This document shows, one piece after another, positions 1-8,847 of a DNA stretch of 43,075 nucleotides. Position 1 is the first letter of the stretch. Every line of letters begins with the position of its first letter. The notes beneath the pieces were generated by a model, which had not been told where the DNA came from, did not search any database, and saw nothing but the letters and a program-made list of their open reading frames with translations. A program made the translations under genes and the position numbers. Source of the DNA: Candidatus Coatesbacteria bacterium (GTDB taxonomy: Bacteria; JAFGND01); contig JAFGND010000101.1 in assembly GCA_016927185.1 (NCBI GenBank), positions 1 to 43,075 on the forward strand, given 5' to 3'.

Positions 1-797
1 AGATACAGTCCAGGATTATATGCATACAATGTATCTGAAGCAACACTATATATTACTCCATTCCTGTCTATTGAAGGTGGAGTTGGATAAGGAGAACATC
101 CATATCTGAAGGCATTAGGGGGATAGAAAACTGTTAATTTATCATTATTATATTTAGCATAGTAATAACCATTTTCTATTCCTATTGCCATTGTTCTATA
201 GTTGTTTTCTCCGAGATTGTAACTCCATGTACGTGCTCCATTATCTTTATTTATAGCATATAAAATACCATTATCAGAATAGCTACCTGTCATTACATAT
301 ATATTAGAGCCTCCTGGGATAAAAATAATTGAATAGCAAGGAGTATCTAATCCACGCTCCCAAAGAATAATCCTTTCCTTTGGATCAAAGCATATGAGAC
401 CATTTCCTGTTTCAAAATACAATAATCCCTTCTCGTCTATGCACATTTCTTGCTGCTCATATTCACCAGTAAATTCCTCTCTCCACAGAAGCTGTGCATT
501 CTTGACTGCTACAAGATAGTTAGAACTGCTAGTTGTATGAGCATATAATGTACTGTCTTCTGATATTACTCCTGCTGAGGAAGGCCAGTTATACTCTATT
601 TTTTCAGAATCAATCTTCCTTTCAGAAGATTTATTAAATGACGGAGGAATAATATCAATTTCCCCTAAGAATACTGGCTTTGTAGGTCCTTTTAACGGAG
701 ATAATCCATCTTGCCTATAGTTTCCTCTGAAATTATCCCAATAATTTTCTCCCCAGACCAGAGAAAATCCCACCAAAATCATTATAAAGATACGCAT
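1..797 (-). CDS. Secreted PQQ-like/BamB-type beta-propeller protein, 3' end outside the window
   Basis: Not in the ORF track because it runs off the edge. Manual translation from ATG at 797 (SD AAGGAG upstream) gives MRIFIMILVGFSLVWGENYWDNFRGNYRQDG... This is a signal peptide followed by the WxxFRGN lead-in typical of PQQ-like propellers, with later blade motifs YLVAVKNAQLLW and ILYAINKDNGARTWSY. The frame is open to the window edge. Confidence 0.75.
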   Translation of the reverse strand, partial: MRIFIMILVGFSLVWGENYWDNFRGNYRQDGLSPLKGPTKPVFLGEIDIIPPSFNKSSERKIDSEKIEYNWPSSAGVISEDSTLYAHTTSSSNYLVAVKNAQLLWREEFTGEYEQQEMCIDEKGLLYFETGNGLICFDPKERIILWERGLDTPCYSIIFIPGGSNIYVMTGSYSDNGILYAINKDNGARTWSYNLGENNYRTMAIGIENGYYYAKYNNDKLTVFYPPNAFRYGCSPYPTPPSIDRNGVIYSVASDTLYAYNPGLY

Positions 798-1017
798 TCT
801 ATGCTCCTTGAATGAATAAACATGATTTATCTATATTATATAATCAAGTTACCACTCTTCAATATTCATTAAATCCTTTATATGCATGTTTCTGTCAAGA
901 TAAAATACAAATTGAATAACAAGAATTTCCAGTTATTTATTTTTTCTTTGCAAAAGAAATCACTTGCAAATAACATATTCATATTACTTGAAGGTATGCA
1001 AGGAAGGATTTTGAAAC

Positions 1018-1356
1018 ATGACTGAAATAGTATCATTGAAATGTCCAAACTGCGGTGCTGATATTGACGAAGGACAACTTACATGCAATTACTGCAACTC
1101 GAAATTGAAACAGGTATCAGGAAATATATGCCCGAAATGCGGCAGTGAGATTGATGATAAAACAAACACATGTCAAGCGTGTGGGTTCAGAAAAAAGTTG
1201 GATAAAGCAACTGTAAGACTTATACTGATAATAACTGCTGTGATAGTCATTTCCTCAACAATAATTGCAATCATTCCGGTAATTGGTGTCATAATAGGTG
1301 TTGCTGCATCAATTCTTGCAGGAATACTAACAATCATTGGAACTCATGCACCATAA
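1018..1356 (+). CDS. Double zinc-ribbon membrane protein
   Basis: Four CxxC pairs (CPNC, CNYC, CPKC, CQAC) followed by a two-helix hydrophobic C-terminus; AAGGAAGG SD upstream. Confidence 0.8.
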   Translation: MTEIVSLKCPNCGADIDEGQLTCNYCNSKLKQVSGNICPKCGSEIDDKTNTCQACGFRKKLDKATVRLILIITAVIVISSTIIAIIPVIGVIIGVAASILAGILTIIGTHAP

Positions 1357-1373
1357 AACGAATTTAAGAAATT

Positions 1374-1607
1374 ATGCCAGAAGATAAATAAATAAGTTCT
1401 GTAAACATAATCAGGAAACATTCTATTTCATTGTTCATTCTGTTGCTTCCACTAGTCCTGTTCTTCAGCAAGATCATAAGTGACTGTCTTATAAGATATT
1501 ACAGTGACATAAGTTTCCAGAATCTGCCTGCAAAAGTTGTCAATAAATTAATCGTTTGCTATTATTCTGGAAACAGGTATTGCCTTCTTGGGCAATATCT
1601 TGAGTGA
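1374..1607 (+). pseudogene. Possible 5' remnant of a YfhO-like membrane (GT-C) protein gene
   Basis: ATG at 1374 and in-frame TAA at 1389-1391, then the same frame reads ISSVNIIRKHSISLFILLLPLVLFFSKIISDCLIRYYSDISFQNLPAK. A TM helix followed by DxxxQxxP resembles YfhO-family N-termini. The frame runs into the 3' end of the convergent kinase gene. Confidence 0.35.
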
Positions 1608-2630
1608 GTAGCAGTTCACGTCAAATGGTTCAAGAAGATTCTTTACAATATTCATTGAATCTGAATCTTTCAAGACAAGCTGGGCAGTGCCATCACCCTG
1701 CGATCCAACTCCTTTTCCCCCATATATATATGGTTGTATTGCTTCTGATGAAAGAATGGAGTGTAGTTTAGGGGCTGAAAGCTCCTCTTTGCAAGCTGGC
1801 ATCATTGCTTCATCAAATCGTTCTTGTGCAAATGTCATCAATCTGCCTAGCTCGGCAGAATCGCCTTCCTGCAAAGCTTCTCTTGCCTCAAGTACGATTC
1901 TTCTGTTTTCATGACCGAGATAATTCCTTACGTTCCTTCCAGTTTCGCTTTCTTTGTCATTGAAACAGAGATTAAGTGAGGAGAGGATTTTTACAGTATC
2001 TTTCCTTGCCTTCAAATCCACAATCATTATATTTATTGTCTTTTTTACAGAAAGCTGTTCAATCCTGACTTTATCTCCGTGGAATTCCATGAGTATCGGT
2101 CTATTTCCGAAAGCACATGCCTGGTCCATTCTACCGCACATTGATCCGCTTCTTCTTTCTCCTATATATGCAAGTTCCATCTCTTCCTCTATTGGAAGAC
2201 CGAGATTGTAAAGCTTATTGAAAGCTCTTACGGTAAGTATGCAGATTGCTGCTGATGATGACAGACCTTTTTTCAGGGGAAGATTCATGTCATGATTGTC
2301 TATGCATATTCCATCTACCTTGGATTTCCGTAATACTTCATATGACGTTCCTGCAACATAGCGGAAGAAGCTGTTTCCATGAGTGACTTTGTCCAGAGAT
2401 TCTAGATTAAATGGAATATCAAGTTTATCACCTGTCTTGCATGAGCTTACAAGAAGTTTGTCCTTGCACCCTGACACTTTTGCGAAAATTCCCTGCTCTG
2501 TTCCTATCACAAGTGTGTATCCAGGAAGAACTGAGGTGTCTGTTGATGCATAACCTCCAGCCCAGTCTGAATGCTCTCCAAAAAGACAAATCCTCCCTGG
2601 AATGAATAGTTCTAATTCGTTGGTATCCAA
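1548..2630 (-). CDS. GHMP-family sugar kinase (galactokinase-like)
   Basis: PGRICLFGEHSD N-terminal motif, PLKKGLSSSAA ATP loop, CGRMDQ, and a GKGVGSQGDG C-terminal motif. Confidence 0.85.
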   Translation of the reverse strand: MDTNELELFIPGRICLFGEHSDWAGGYASTDTSVLPGYTLVIGTEQGIFAKVSGCKDKLLVSSCKTGDKLDIPFNLESLDKVTHGNSFFRYVAGTSYEVLRKSKVDGICIDNHDMNLPLKKGLSSSAAICILTVRAFNKLYNLGLPIEEEMELAYIGERRSGSMCGRMDQACAFGNRPILMEFHGDKVRIEQLSVKKTINIMIVDLKARKDTVKILSSLNLCFNDKESETGRNVRNYLGHENRRIVLEAREALQEGDSAELGRLMTFAQERFDEAMMPACKEELSAPKLHSILSSEAIQPYIYGGKGVGSQGDGTAQLVLKDSDSMNIVKNLLEPFDVNCYSLKILPKKAIPVSRIIAND

Positions 2631-4117
2631 ATCTCTACATCCTCGCTTTCCAGTCCCGAAGCAGGAAATTGCTTATCAAGTGTGTAATTCTCTCGCAGTT
2701 TCTTCCAGATAAGCTTCCTTGCTTCAAGGGGTGAACCTGCACATTCCGGGAATGAAATATCGAAAGTTATTGGTGTTATTACAATTACTGGAATATCCTT
2801 TTTCCCAACAAGTTCCATGAAATCCTCATAATGAATGAGATTCAATTTCCTGCATCTCTGCCTGTCAATAGTGAATACAAGTCCCCCACTTTCAGAAGAC
2901 TTGTAGATATTTCTCTTTGCAGCTATTGTTATTGCAGGATTGAAAGAGAATATACTGTCATCTGGTCTGGTTATGCTTTTGACATAATCTGCAACAGTTA
3001 TCACTTTCTGAAGCGGAAATTCGGATTTGGACGAAATATTGTCTCTTCCAGTAATAATAGCACCTGATATGAATAAAATTGCAATAAAAGAGATTATCTT
3101 GTATCTCCAGATATCAGTTGGCATTTTATTCACAGCATAATATAAGACACCTGTAAGCCATAGTGCAAGCAATGGAAATGTCGGGGTTAGATATTCATAT
3201 ACATAAGGAACCTTGGCAGGAATATGAATAAACAAGTGCATCAGGTAAGCAAGTGCAAGGAATCTCAAGTATGCAAGCTTTGGTTCTATAAGTGGTCTCC
3301 ACAATATATATGAAAGTGCAATTATCAAAGCAGGACCGTAATATCTCATGAGAAGTATCAGGAAATCAAACTTGAACATGAGCTGATTCTTGAATGGCAA
3401 TTCTCTTGACAGGTGAAAACTTATGAGGTAAAAAAGAGTATTATCGAAGGAAACCAGAAAGAAAGGCAGATAAAGCAGAACAAGGAACAAAAAGCTTGGA
3501 AGGAATGAATAAATTAACCACTTTACAGGTTTCATCCTCCTGAATGAATACAACCAGAAAACAATCAGTATTATTACTGTTGATATTCTTGTAGCTGCAG
3601 CAATACTGAAAAAAATTCCAGCAAATGCAATAATCCAGTTTTTTTCATGTGATCTGAGAAGCAGTATTGAACCTAGAGTTATGAAAAAAGCTGTTATCAG
3701 ATAGAGCTTGTTTACTGTAAGGCTGTAGAAATTAAAGGGATTTGACAGATAAATGACAAGGAATGTAATCAATCCTGTCCACCTGAAAAGATAGAAGACA
3801 CTGAGCGAGATGAATAGCAGAAGTATGAAATGAAGAAATACATTCATATGCCTGAACATGGAAATCCTGAATCCAAAACTTTTGCCAATAAGTGAATACA
3901 GTATTGGATAAACAGGTCCCTGGGTGAATGCAAAATCCCTGTAAGGTATAAGGCTTTTTCCGCTTTGATACGCTGACATGAGATAGTTTCCTTCATCAGG
4001 ATGTGATTTTCCAAGAACAGAAAACAGCATTCCCCATATAATAAAGGTTAATACTGCTATTATAATGAAGCTTGGTTTCAGTGCAGCAATTATGGAAGCT
4101 TTTTCAGTAAGCATCAA
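2612..4117 (-). CDS. Polytopic GT-C glycosyltransferase (ArnT/PMT-like)
   Basis: HPDEGNY acidic motif after the first TM helix, PYRDFAFTQGP loop, about 11-13 TM segments and a soluble C-terminal domain. Confidence 0.75.
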   Translation of the reverse strand: MMLTEKASIIAALKPSFIIIAVLTFIIWGMLFSVLGKSHPDEGNYLMSAYQSGKSLIPYRDFAFTQGPVYPILYSLIGKSFGFRISMFRHMNVFLHFILLLFISLSVFYLFRWTGLITFLVIYLSNPFNFYSLTVNKLYLITAFFITLGSILLLRSHEKNWIIAFAGIFFSIAAATRISTVIILIVFWLYSFRRMKPVKWLIYSFLPSFLFLVLLYLPFFLVSFDNTLFYLISFHLSRELPFKNQLMFKFDFLILLMRYYGPALIIALSYILWRPLIEPKLAYLRFLALAYLMHLFIHIPAKVPYVYEYLTPTFPLLALWLTGVLYYAVNKMPTDIWRYKIISFIAILFISGAIITGRDNISSKSEFPLQKVITVADYVKSITRPDDSIFSFNPAITIAAKRNIYKSSESGGLVFTIDRQRCRKLNLIHYEDFMELVGKKDIPVIVITPITFDISFPECAGSPLEARKLIWKKLRENYTLDKQFPASGLESEDVEIWIPTN

Positions 4118-5119
4118 CTATTTCTTTAATGCGTAAATCACGCGTCTTGTTTTCAGGTTATCATTTTTTTTCCAAGCCGCTCTAGTAGAGTTCATATCAT
4201 AAATGAATATATCATTCAAATGGAGCTCCCTGCATGCCCTGTCTTCAGTAACTGTCTGAAATCCAAGCCTTGTTATTGAATCAGGTCTGTCAAGGAAGGA
4301 AACCTGATTCTCTACCACCTTTCCGTCAATCTGTATATCATAGGTCTTTGACAGGCAGTCCAAATCAAGTCTCAGTGTATACCAGGTATCAGGTTTCAAA
4401 TCATAAATTTTCCTTGGAGCAACTCCATCCTGTACAAGCAATGCATTTTCCTCTATGAACAAAGATGGACCGAAGTTATCCCATCTGTCACCATTTCCAA
4501 GCCTTATCTGCATGTCCGCTTCTTCATAATAGAATGATATGAAAACCATTAGATAAACCTGTGAATCAAAAGGTACATCAGCTTTCACATAACTATCCCT
4601 GGCTCCATCTGAGCTAAAGCAGCAAGTATTTCCCTTTGTATCCTTGAATCTGTCAGATATCTTTATATCTGCTTCACCTGACTTTGTTGTTTCCCATGGA
4701 TCAGAAGGAGAGACATTTGTAGCATATGTATCGAAATCATCCTTGAAAACCAGTGCAGGTATCTTTATCTCAATAGTATCTGAAGTCCCGGAGTTACCAG
4801 CTTTATCGAAAGCTTTTGCAAAAATATAATGACTTCCATACATGTTGCTTATATCCCATTCATAAGTATAGGGTGAGGAAGTTGATGTAAAGAGTAGTTT
4901 GTAATCACCATAAATATCAACATTCTTCACGCCAATGTTATCTGATGCATTTGCAGTGATTGTGACTTTTTCCCATACGATATCCATATTGGAGGGTTCT
5001 GCAACAGAGCATTTTGGTCTTTCGGTATCAGTGCTTCCCTCTGATGGATCAACGGAATCGCATGAAAGATATATAGATAGAGAAACGGCAAGCATGATAA
5101 ATAAAATATAGATTTTCAT
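4118..5119 (-). CDS. Lipoprotein with a bacterial Ig-like domain and a concanavalin-like C-terminal domain
   Basis: Lipobox YLSC; Ig-like signature TITANASDNIGV...PYTYEWD...AKAFDKAGN; C-terminal beta-sandwich features (FKDDFD, TWYTLRLDLD, YDIQIDG). Confidence 0.7.
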   Translation of the reverse strand: MKIYILFIMLAVSLSIYLSCDSVDPSEGSTDTERPKCSVAEPSNMDIVWEKVTITANASDNIGVKNVDIYGDYKLLFTSTSSPYTYEWDISNMYGSHYIFAKAFDKAGNSGTSDTIEIKIPALVFKDDFDTYATNVSPSDPWETTKSGEADIKISDRFKDTKGNTCCFSSDGARDSYVKADVPFDSQVYLMVFISFYYEEADMQIRLGNGDRWDNFGPSLFIEENALLVQDGVAPRKIYDLKPDTWYTLRLDLDCLSKTYDIQIDGKVVENQVSFLDRPDSITRLGFQTVTEDRACRELHLNDIFIYDMNSTRAAWKKNDNLKTRRVIYALKK

Positions 5120-5131
5120 TGTTGCTCCTTG

Positions 5132-5398
5132 TTAACCATTTTTACATCTTGTTCTTATTGATTTCACTTGAACAGAAAGACATCTGCGAATTTCTTCTGT
5201 TTTCTGGCAAACCAATTGTGCAATATAAGAGTTTGGTACTTCAATATATAAAATCCTGTTTTTAATGAATAAAGCTTTTGTATCAGTCAATCCAAGCTCC
5301 AGAAGCTTTTTATTAGCCTCTTCCAGTATTTTTTCCTGAGCAGCAAGTGGATCAGGAAGGAGTTCCTTAAGCTCGTTAATCGATTTTACTGACTTCAC
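5132..5398 (-). CDS. dciA: DciA / DUF721 replicative-helicase loader family protein
   Basis: 88 aa, overlaps the recF stop (the typical position for this family); TKALFIKNRILYIEVPNSYIAQ pattern fits DUF721. Confidence 0.65.
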   Translation of the reverse strand: MKSVKSINELKELLPDPLAAQEKILEEANKKLLELGLTDTKALFIKNRILYIEVPNSYIAQLVCQKTEEIRRCLSVQVKSIRTRCKNG

Positions 5399-6452
5399 CT
5401 TTGTCCACCTTGAATAACGGATAGATCTTTAATTGCGGTATAAGATTGGCGCTGCAAAAAAAGCATTGATATCTATCCCTGACAATTTCAATCAACAGGT
5501 TCTGCCTGTCATAATCCAACTCTGCAAATATTTCGTCAAGCAAAAGTATCGGTTTTCTGTCCTGAATTGATGCAAAAGCAATCTTGAGTGAAGTAACAAC
5601 ACATCTGATCTGTCCCTGGGATCCATAAATGCTCAAGGGCTTTTTCCCTATGAGGAATTCATAGTCGTCTCTGTGAGGACCATACTGGGTGAATCCCTGG
5701 TTAAGGTCATATTCAAACGACTTTTTCAAAGATTCAGCATAAGCTTCTCTTATATTTTCCATGTTACAAAGTTCTGACTGTAATCCTATCTTATGTCTTA
5801 TTTCAATATCAAGATCTTCCGAAAGAAGAGAAGCAGCTAATTCAGTAAGAGGTTTTCTCAAATCCTCAATAAGAGACATTCTTGTTTCCCATATAGGGAC
5901 TGCAAGATCCACTAGCATCTCAGATTGAACATCTTCCAGATTTCTGTCTATTGACTTTCTTTTCAGATAGGCATTTCTTTCCTTCAGAACAGACTGATAT
6001 TTTATAAGGTTTTCGATGTATTCCTTATTGCTGGACAGGAATATATCGAATTGCTGTCTTCTTTTTTCAGGAGATCCTGTCAGCAAATTAACATCATTAG
6101 GTCCCAGAAATATAACTTTCAAGACAGAAACTATTTCAGTGATTTTGGAGACAAATACTTCATCAAGTTTAATATTCCTTTCGAAATGCCTGTCTATGCC
6201 TATTTCTATCTGCCTGTTATCCCCGAAATCTCCTTGAATCCTTATGAAAAAAGCCTCACATCTATCCTTTATTAGATTTCTTATCTGTCTTTCCCGGAAA
6301 GATCTGAAAATTGATGCGAAATAAATGGATTCAAGGATGTTGGTTTTACCTGCTCCATTATCCCCTACAAAGAATGCACCCTGCCTGCTTGTTTCAAGGG
6401 AGAGTTGTTCAAAATTCCTGAAATCTTTTAAAAAAATGTGTTCTATATGCAT
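5376..6452 (-). CDS. recF: DNA replication/repair protein RecF
   Basis: DFRN, GDNGAGKTN Walker A, GSPEKRR, GPHRDD, GSQGQ and LLLDEIFAELD motifs. Confidence 0.97.
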   Translation of the reverse strand: MHIEHIFLKDFRNFEQLSLETSRQGAFFVGDNGAGKTNILESIYFASIFRSFRERQIRNLIKDRCEAFFIRIQGDFGDNRQIEIGIDRHFERNIKLDEVFVSKITEIVSVLKVIFLGPNDVNLLTGSPEKRRQQFDIFLSSNKEYIENLIKYQSVLKERNAYLKRKSIDRNLEDVQSEMLVDLAVPIWETRMSLIEDLRKPLTELAASLLSEDLDIEIRHKIGLQSELCNMENIREAYAESLKKSFEYDLNQGFTQYGPHRDDYEFLIGKKPLSIYGSQGQIRCVVTSLKIAFASIQDRKPILLLDEIFAELDYDRQNLLIEIVRDRYQCFFCSANLIPQLKIYPLFKVDKGEVSKID

Positions 6453-6504
6453 CTGATCAATCAGGATAAAGTGAGCAGAAATTCAACCTGTTTAGCCCGA
6501 ATAA

Positions 6505-7614
6505 CTAACTAGGGAGTTTCAAGGGCATAAGAAGGAAGTAGTATTTCAAATCCTTTTCTTCCTCCATGGGTCTTATGATAGAGGCTTTCAAAGGACCTCC
6601 CATTTCCCACTTGATTTCTTCATTGTCTAGCTTTGGTAACAGGCTGATAAGGAAACTTGAGTTAAAGCCAATTTTAAGATTTTCTCCAGTATAGTTTATA
6701 GGTATCCTGTCGTCTCCAGTTCCCGTTTCCTCGCTTGTAACGAATAATTTCAGCTCATTCTGGTTGAATTCCAGAGTCATCTGGCTGCTTCCTATGCTGC
6801 TTAATACATTCATTCTTTTTGTAGCACCAAGCAAGGCATCCCTGTTCATTTTTGCAATATTGGTATTGTCATTTGGAATTACTCTCTCGTATTCCGGATA
6901 GGGATGATCATGCAACAAGGAAAACAGCTGAACATTATCATATTTAAACATCAAATACCTGTCATTGAAGCCAAGAGTTATTTCCTCGGTTTCTTCTGCC
7001 TCCTTGATAAGTATTGTAAGCACCTTTGGAAGTATTACTATCTTTGTGGGATCCTGCAGAAGATTGTATGTTCCTGAAAGACTTGTAAATGCAAATCTCC
7101 TGCTGTCAGTTGAAACTACGCGAAGTTCCTTGCCATGAATATCGAAAAGCACTCCATTGATTTCAGGTCTGCTTTCATTCTTGGATACGCAGAATACAGT
7201 CTTATCAAGCATCTTTATAAGTGTCTTTGAGGGAAGTCCTATTTCTACTGAAGGATTGAAAGCAGGCAGGCGAAGGAATTCTTCACTACTCAAGCCATTC
7301 AGAAGGAAATGGGAACTTTCGCAATTGATTTCAAGCTGCTCTTCATTTGCAGACAATTCCACTGTTGCAGTTGGAAGTTCCTTCACTATTTCAAGCAAAC
7401 GCTTTGTGTTAACTGCAAGCCTTCCTTCTTCCATTACAATTACTTCCTGTTCCACCCTCATGGTTACCTGCAAATCAGTGGCAGTAAGATTCAGCATGTT
7501 ATCCACAGTTTCAAGCAAGACGTATAAAGTATCGTCAACAGCGGTTCTGGTTGAGACAGCAGCTACCTTGTTCAGGGCTTTTACCAAAGCGATTTTGTTT
7601 GTTGTGAATTTCAT
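6505..7614 (-). CDS. dnaN: DNA polymerase III beta sliding clamp
   Basis: ATDL, VSTDSRR, YPEYERVIP, IGFNS and C-terminal LLMPL motifs; 369 aa; lies upstream of recF. Confidence 0.97.
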   Translation of the reverse strand: MKFTTNKIALVKALNKVAAVSTRTAVDDTLYVLLETVDNMLNLTATDLQVTMRVEQEVIVMEEGRLAVNTKRLLEIVKELPTATVELSANEEQLEINCESSHFLLNGLSSEEFLRLPAFNPSVEIGLPSKTLIKMLDKTVFCVSKNESRPEINGVLFDIHGKELRVVSTDSRRFAFTSLSGTYNLLQDPTKIVILPKVLTILIKEAEETEEITLGFNDRYLMFKYDNVQLFSLLHDHPYPEYERVIPNDNTNIAKMNRDALLGATKRMNVLSSIGSSQMTLEFNQNELKLFVTSEETGTGDDRIPINYTGENLKIGFNSSFLISLLPKLDNEEIKWEMGGPLKASIIRPMEEEKDLKYYFLLMPLKLPS

Positions 7615-7789
7615 AAATTCCTTCCTTATGTCATTTAAAAAAATTCAACTTTTTCATGTCCTTACTTCTGGTATATGATTTTCTTGGCAAGTTATTTTTA
7701 AATAAATAACGTTCATTTAATGTAAATAATGATTTCATGCATTTTTTAATTAGTTCCTTGACGAAAAAAGAAAATCATGGAGTTCAGTT

Positions 7790-8356
7790 TTGATAATGGA
7801 TATAGTTTCTATAATACTTCTTGGCATTGCTCTTTCAATGGATTGTTTCTCTGTAAGCATAGCAACAGGTATTATTTTCCAGAACATGAAAATAATATCC
7901 AAGACAAGAATAGTTGTCAGTTTTGCTATTGCACATTCACTGATGACTGTCATTGGATATAATGCAGGCAGATCCATAGTCGAAAGCATTTCTGGAATTT
8001 ACCACTGGATTGCATTCCTGCTTCTTTTTGCAATTGGTTCCAAGATGATATATGAAGCATGGAAGAACAAGATAGAAGAAATACCTGATCCATCAAGCGG
8101 CTGGCTATTGCTAGCGTTGACAATTGCAACCAGCATTGATAATCTTGCGGCAGGCTTCAACCTTGCAATATCCAAAGTGGATATAATTGTTCCCAGCATA
8201 TTGTTTGGTCTCATTGTAGGTATCATCTCTATAATTGGACTTATGTTTGGACAGAGGCTGGGTAAGCAATTCGGGAGGAAAATGCTTATTCTTGGGGGCT
8301 TGATTCTTATGGGATTAGGCTTGAGAATTCTCATATCACATTTCATGAAAGGTTGA
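7790..8356 (+). CDS. mntP: Manganese efflux pump MntP
   Basis: ALSMDCFSVS and ATSIDNLAAG repeated motifs; six TM helices. Confidence 0.9.
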   Translation: MIMDIVSIILLGIALSMDCFSVSIATGIIFQNMKIISKTRIVVSFAIAHSLMTVIGYNAGRSIVESISGIYHWIAFLLLFAIGSKMIYEAWKNKIEEIPDPSSGWLLLALTIATSIDNLAAGFNLAISKVDIIVPSILFGLIVGIISIIGLMFGQRLGKQFGRKMLILGGLILMGLGLRILISHFMKG

Positions 8357-8847
8357 TTATGAAACTTGCCACTCTATGTTATATCAGGCAAAATAACAAA
8401 ATTCTCATGATACACAGGAACAAGAACAAGAATGACATGCATCTTGGGAAATGGAATGGACTTGGAGGAAAGATAAAGGCAGGAGAAAGCCCTGAGGAAT
8501 GCGTTATAAGGGAGGTTTTCGAGGAATCAGGCCTTTTGATAAAAAACCCATCCCTCAAGGGATTCATTACTTTTCCTGCATTTGATGATATAGAAGACTG
8601 GTATGTTTTCATTTTTTGTGCATTTGAGTTTGATGGACACCTGAAAACAGAATCAGATGAAGGTAGATTAGAGTGGATAGAAGAAAACAGCATTTTATCA
8701 CTTCCTTTATGGGATGGTGACAGAATATTCCTGAAATGGCTTGATAACAGGAATTTTTTCAGTGCAAAATTCAACTATGATAAGGGTTCATTAATAGACT
8801 ATACAGTTATTTTTTATCCTTCAGTTGAAGGAGATTGTATTTCTTGA
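8353..8847 (+). CDS. Nudix hydrolase, 8-oxo-dGTP diphosphatase (MutX/MTH1-like)
   Basis: Nudix box GGKIKAGESPEECVIREVFEESGL; WNGLGG and LPLWDGD motifs. Confidence 0.9.
   Translation: MIMKLATLCYIRQNNKILMIHRNKNKNDMHLGKWNGLGGKIKAGESPEECVIREVFEESGLLIKNPSLKGFITFPAFDDIEDWYVFIFCAFEFDGHLKTESDEGRLEWIEENSILSLPLWDGDRIFLKWLDNRNFFSAKFNYDKGSLIDYTVIFYPSVEGDCIS

Noticed and set aside
7157-7678. 173-aa + strand ORF
   Set aside because: Antisense shadow of dnaN, Ser-rich, with no motif.
7499-7790. oriC upstream of dnaN
   Set aside because: Only one perfect DnaA box was seen, inside the coding sequence. There is no box cluster or dnaA, and the intergenic gap is short.
7615-7790. yybP-ykoY manganese riboswitch upstream of mntP
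   Set aside because: The region is short and very AT-rich, and no convincing paired stems were seen. An Rfam covariance search would be needed.
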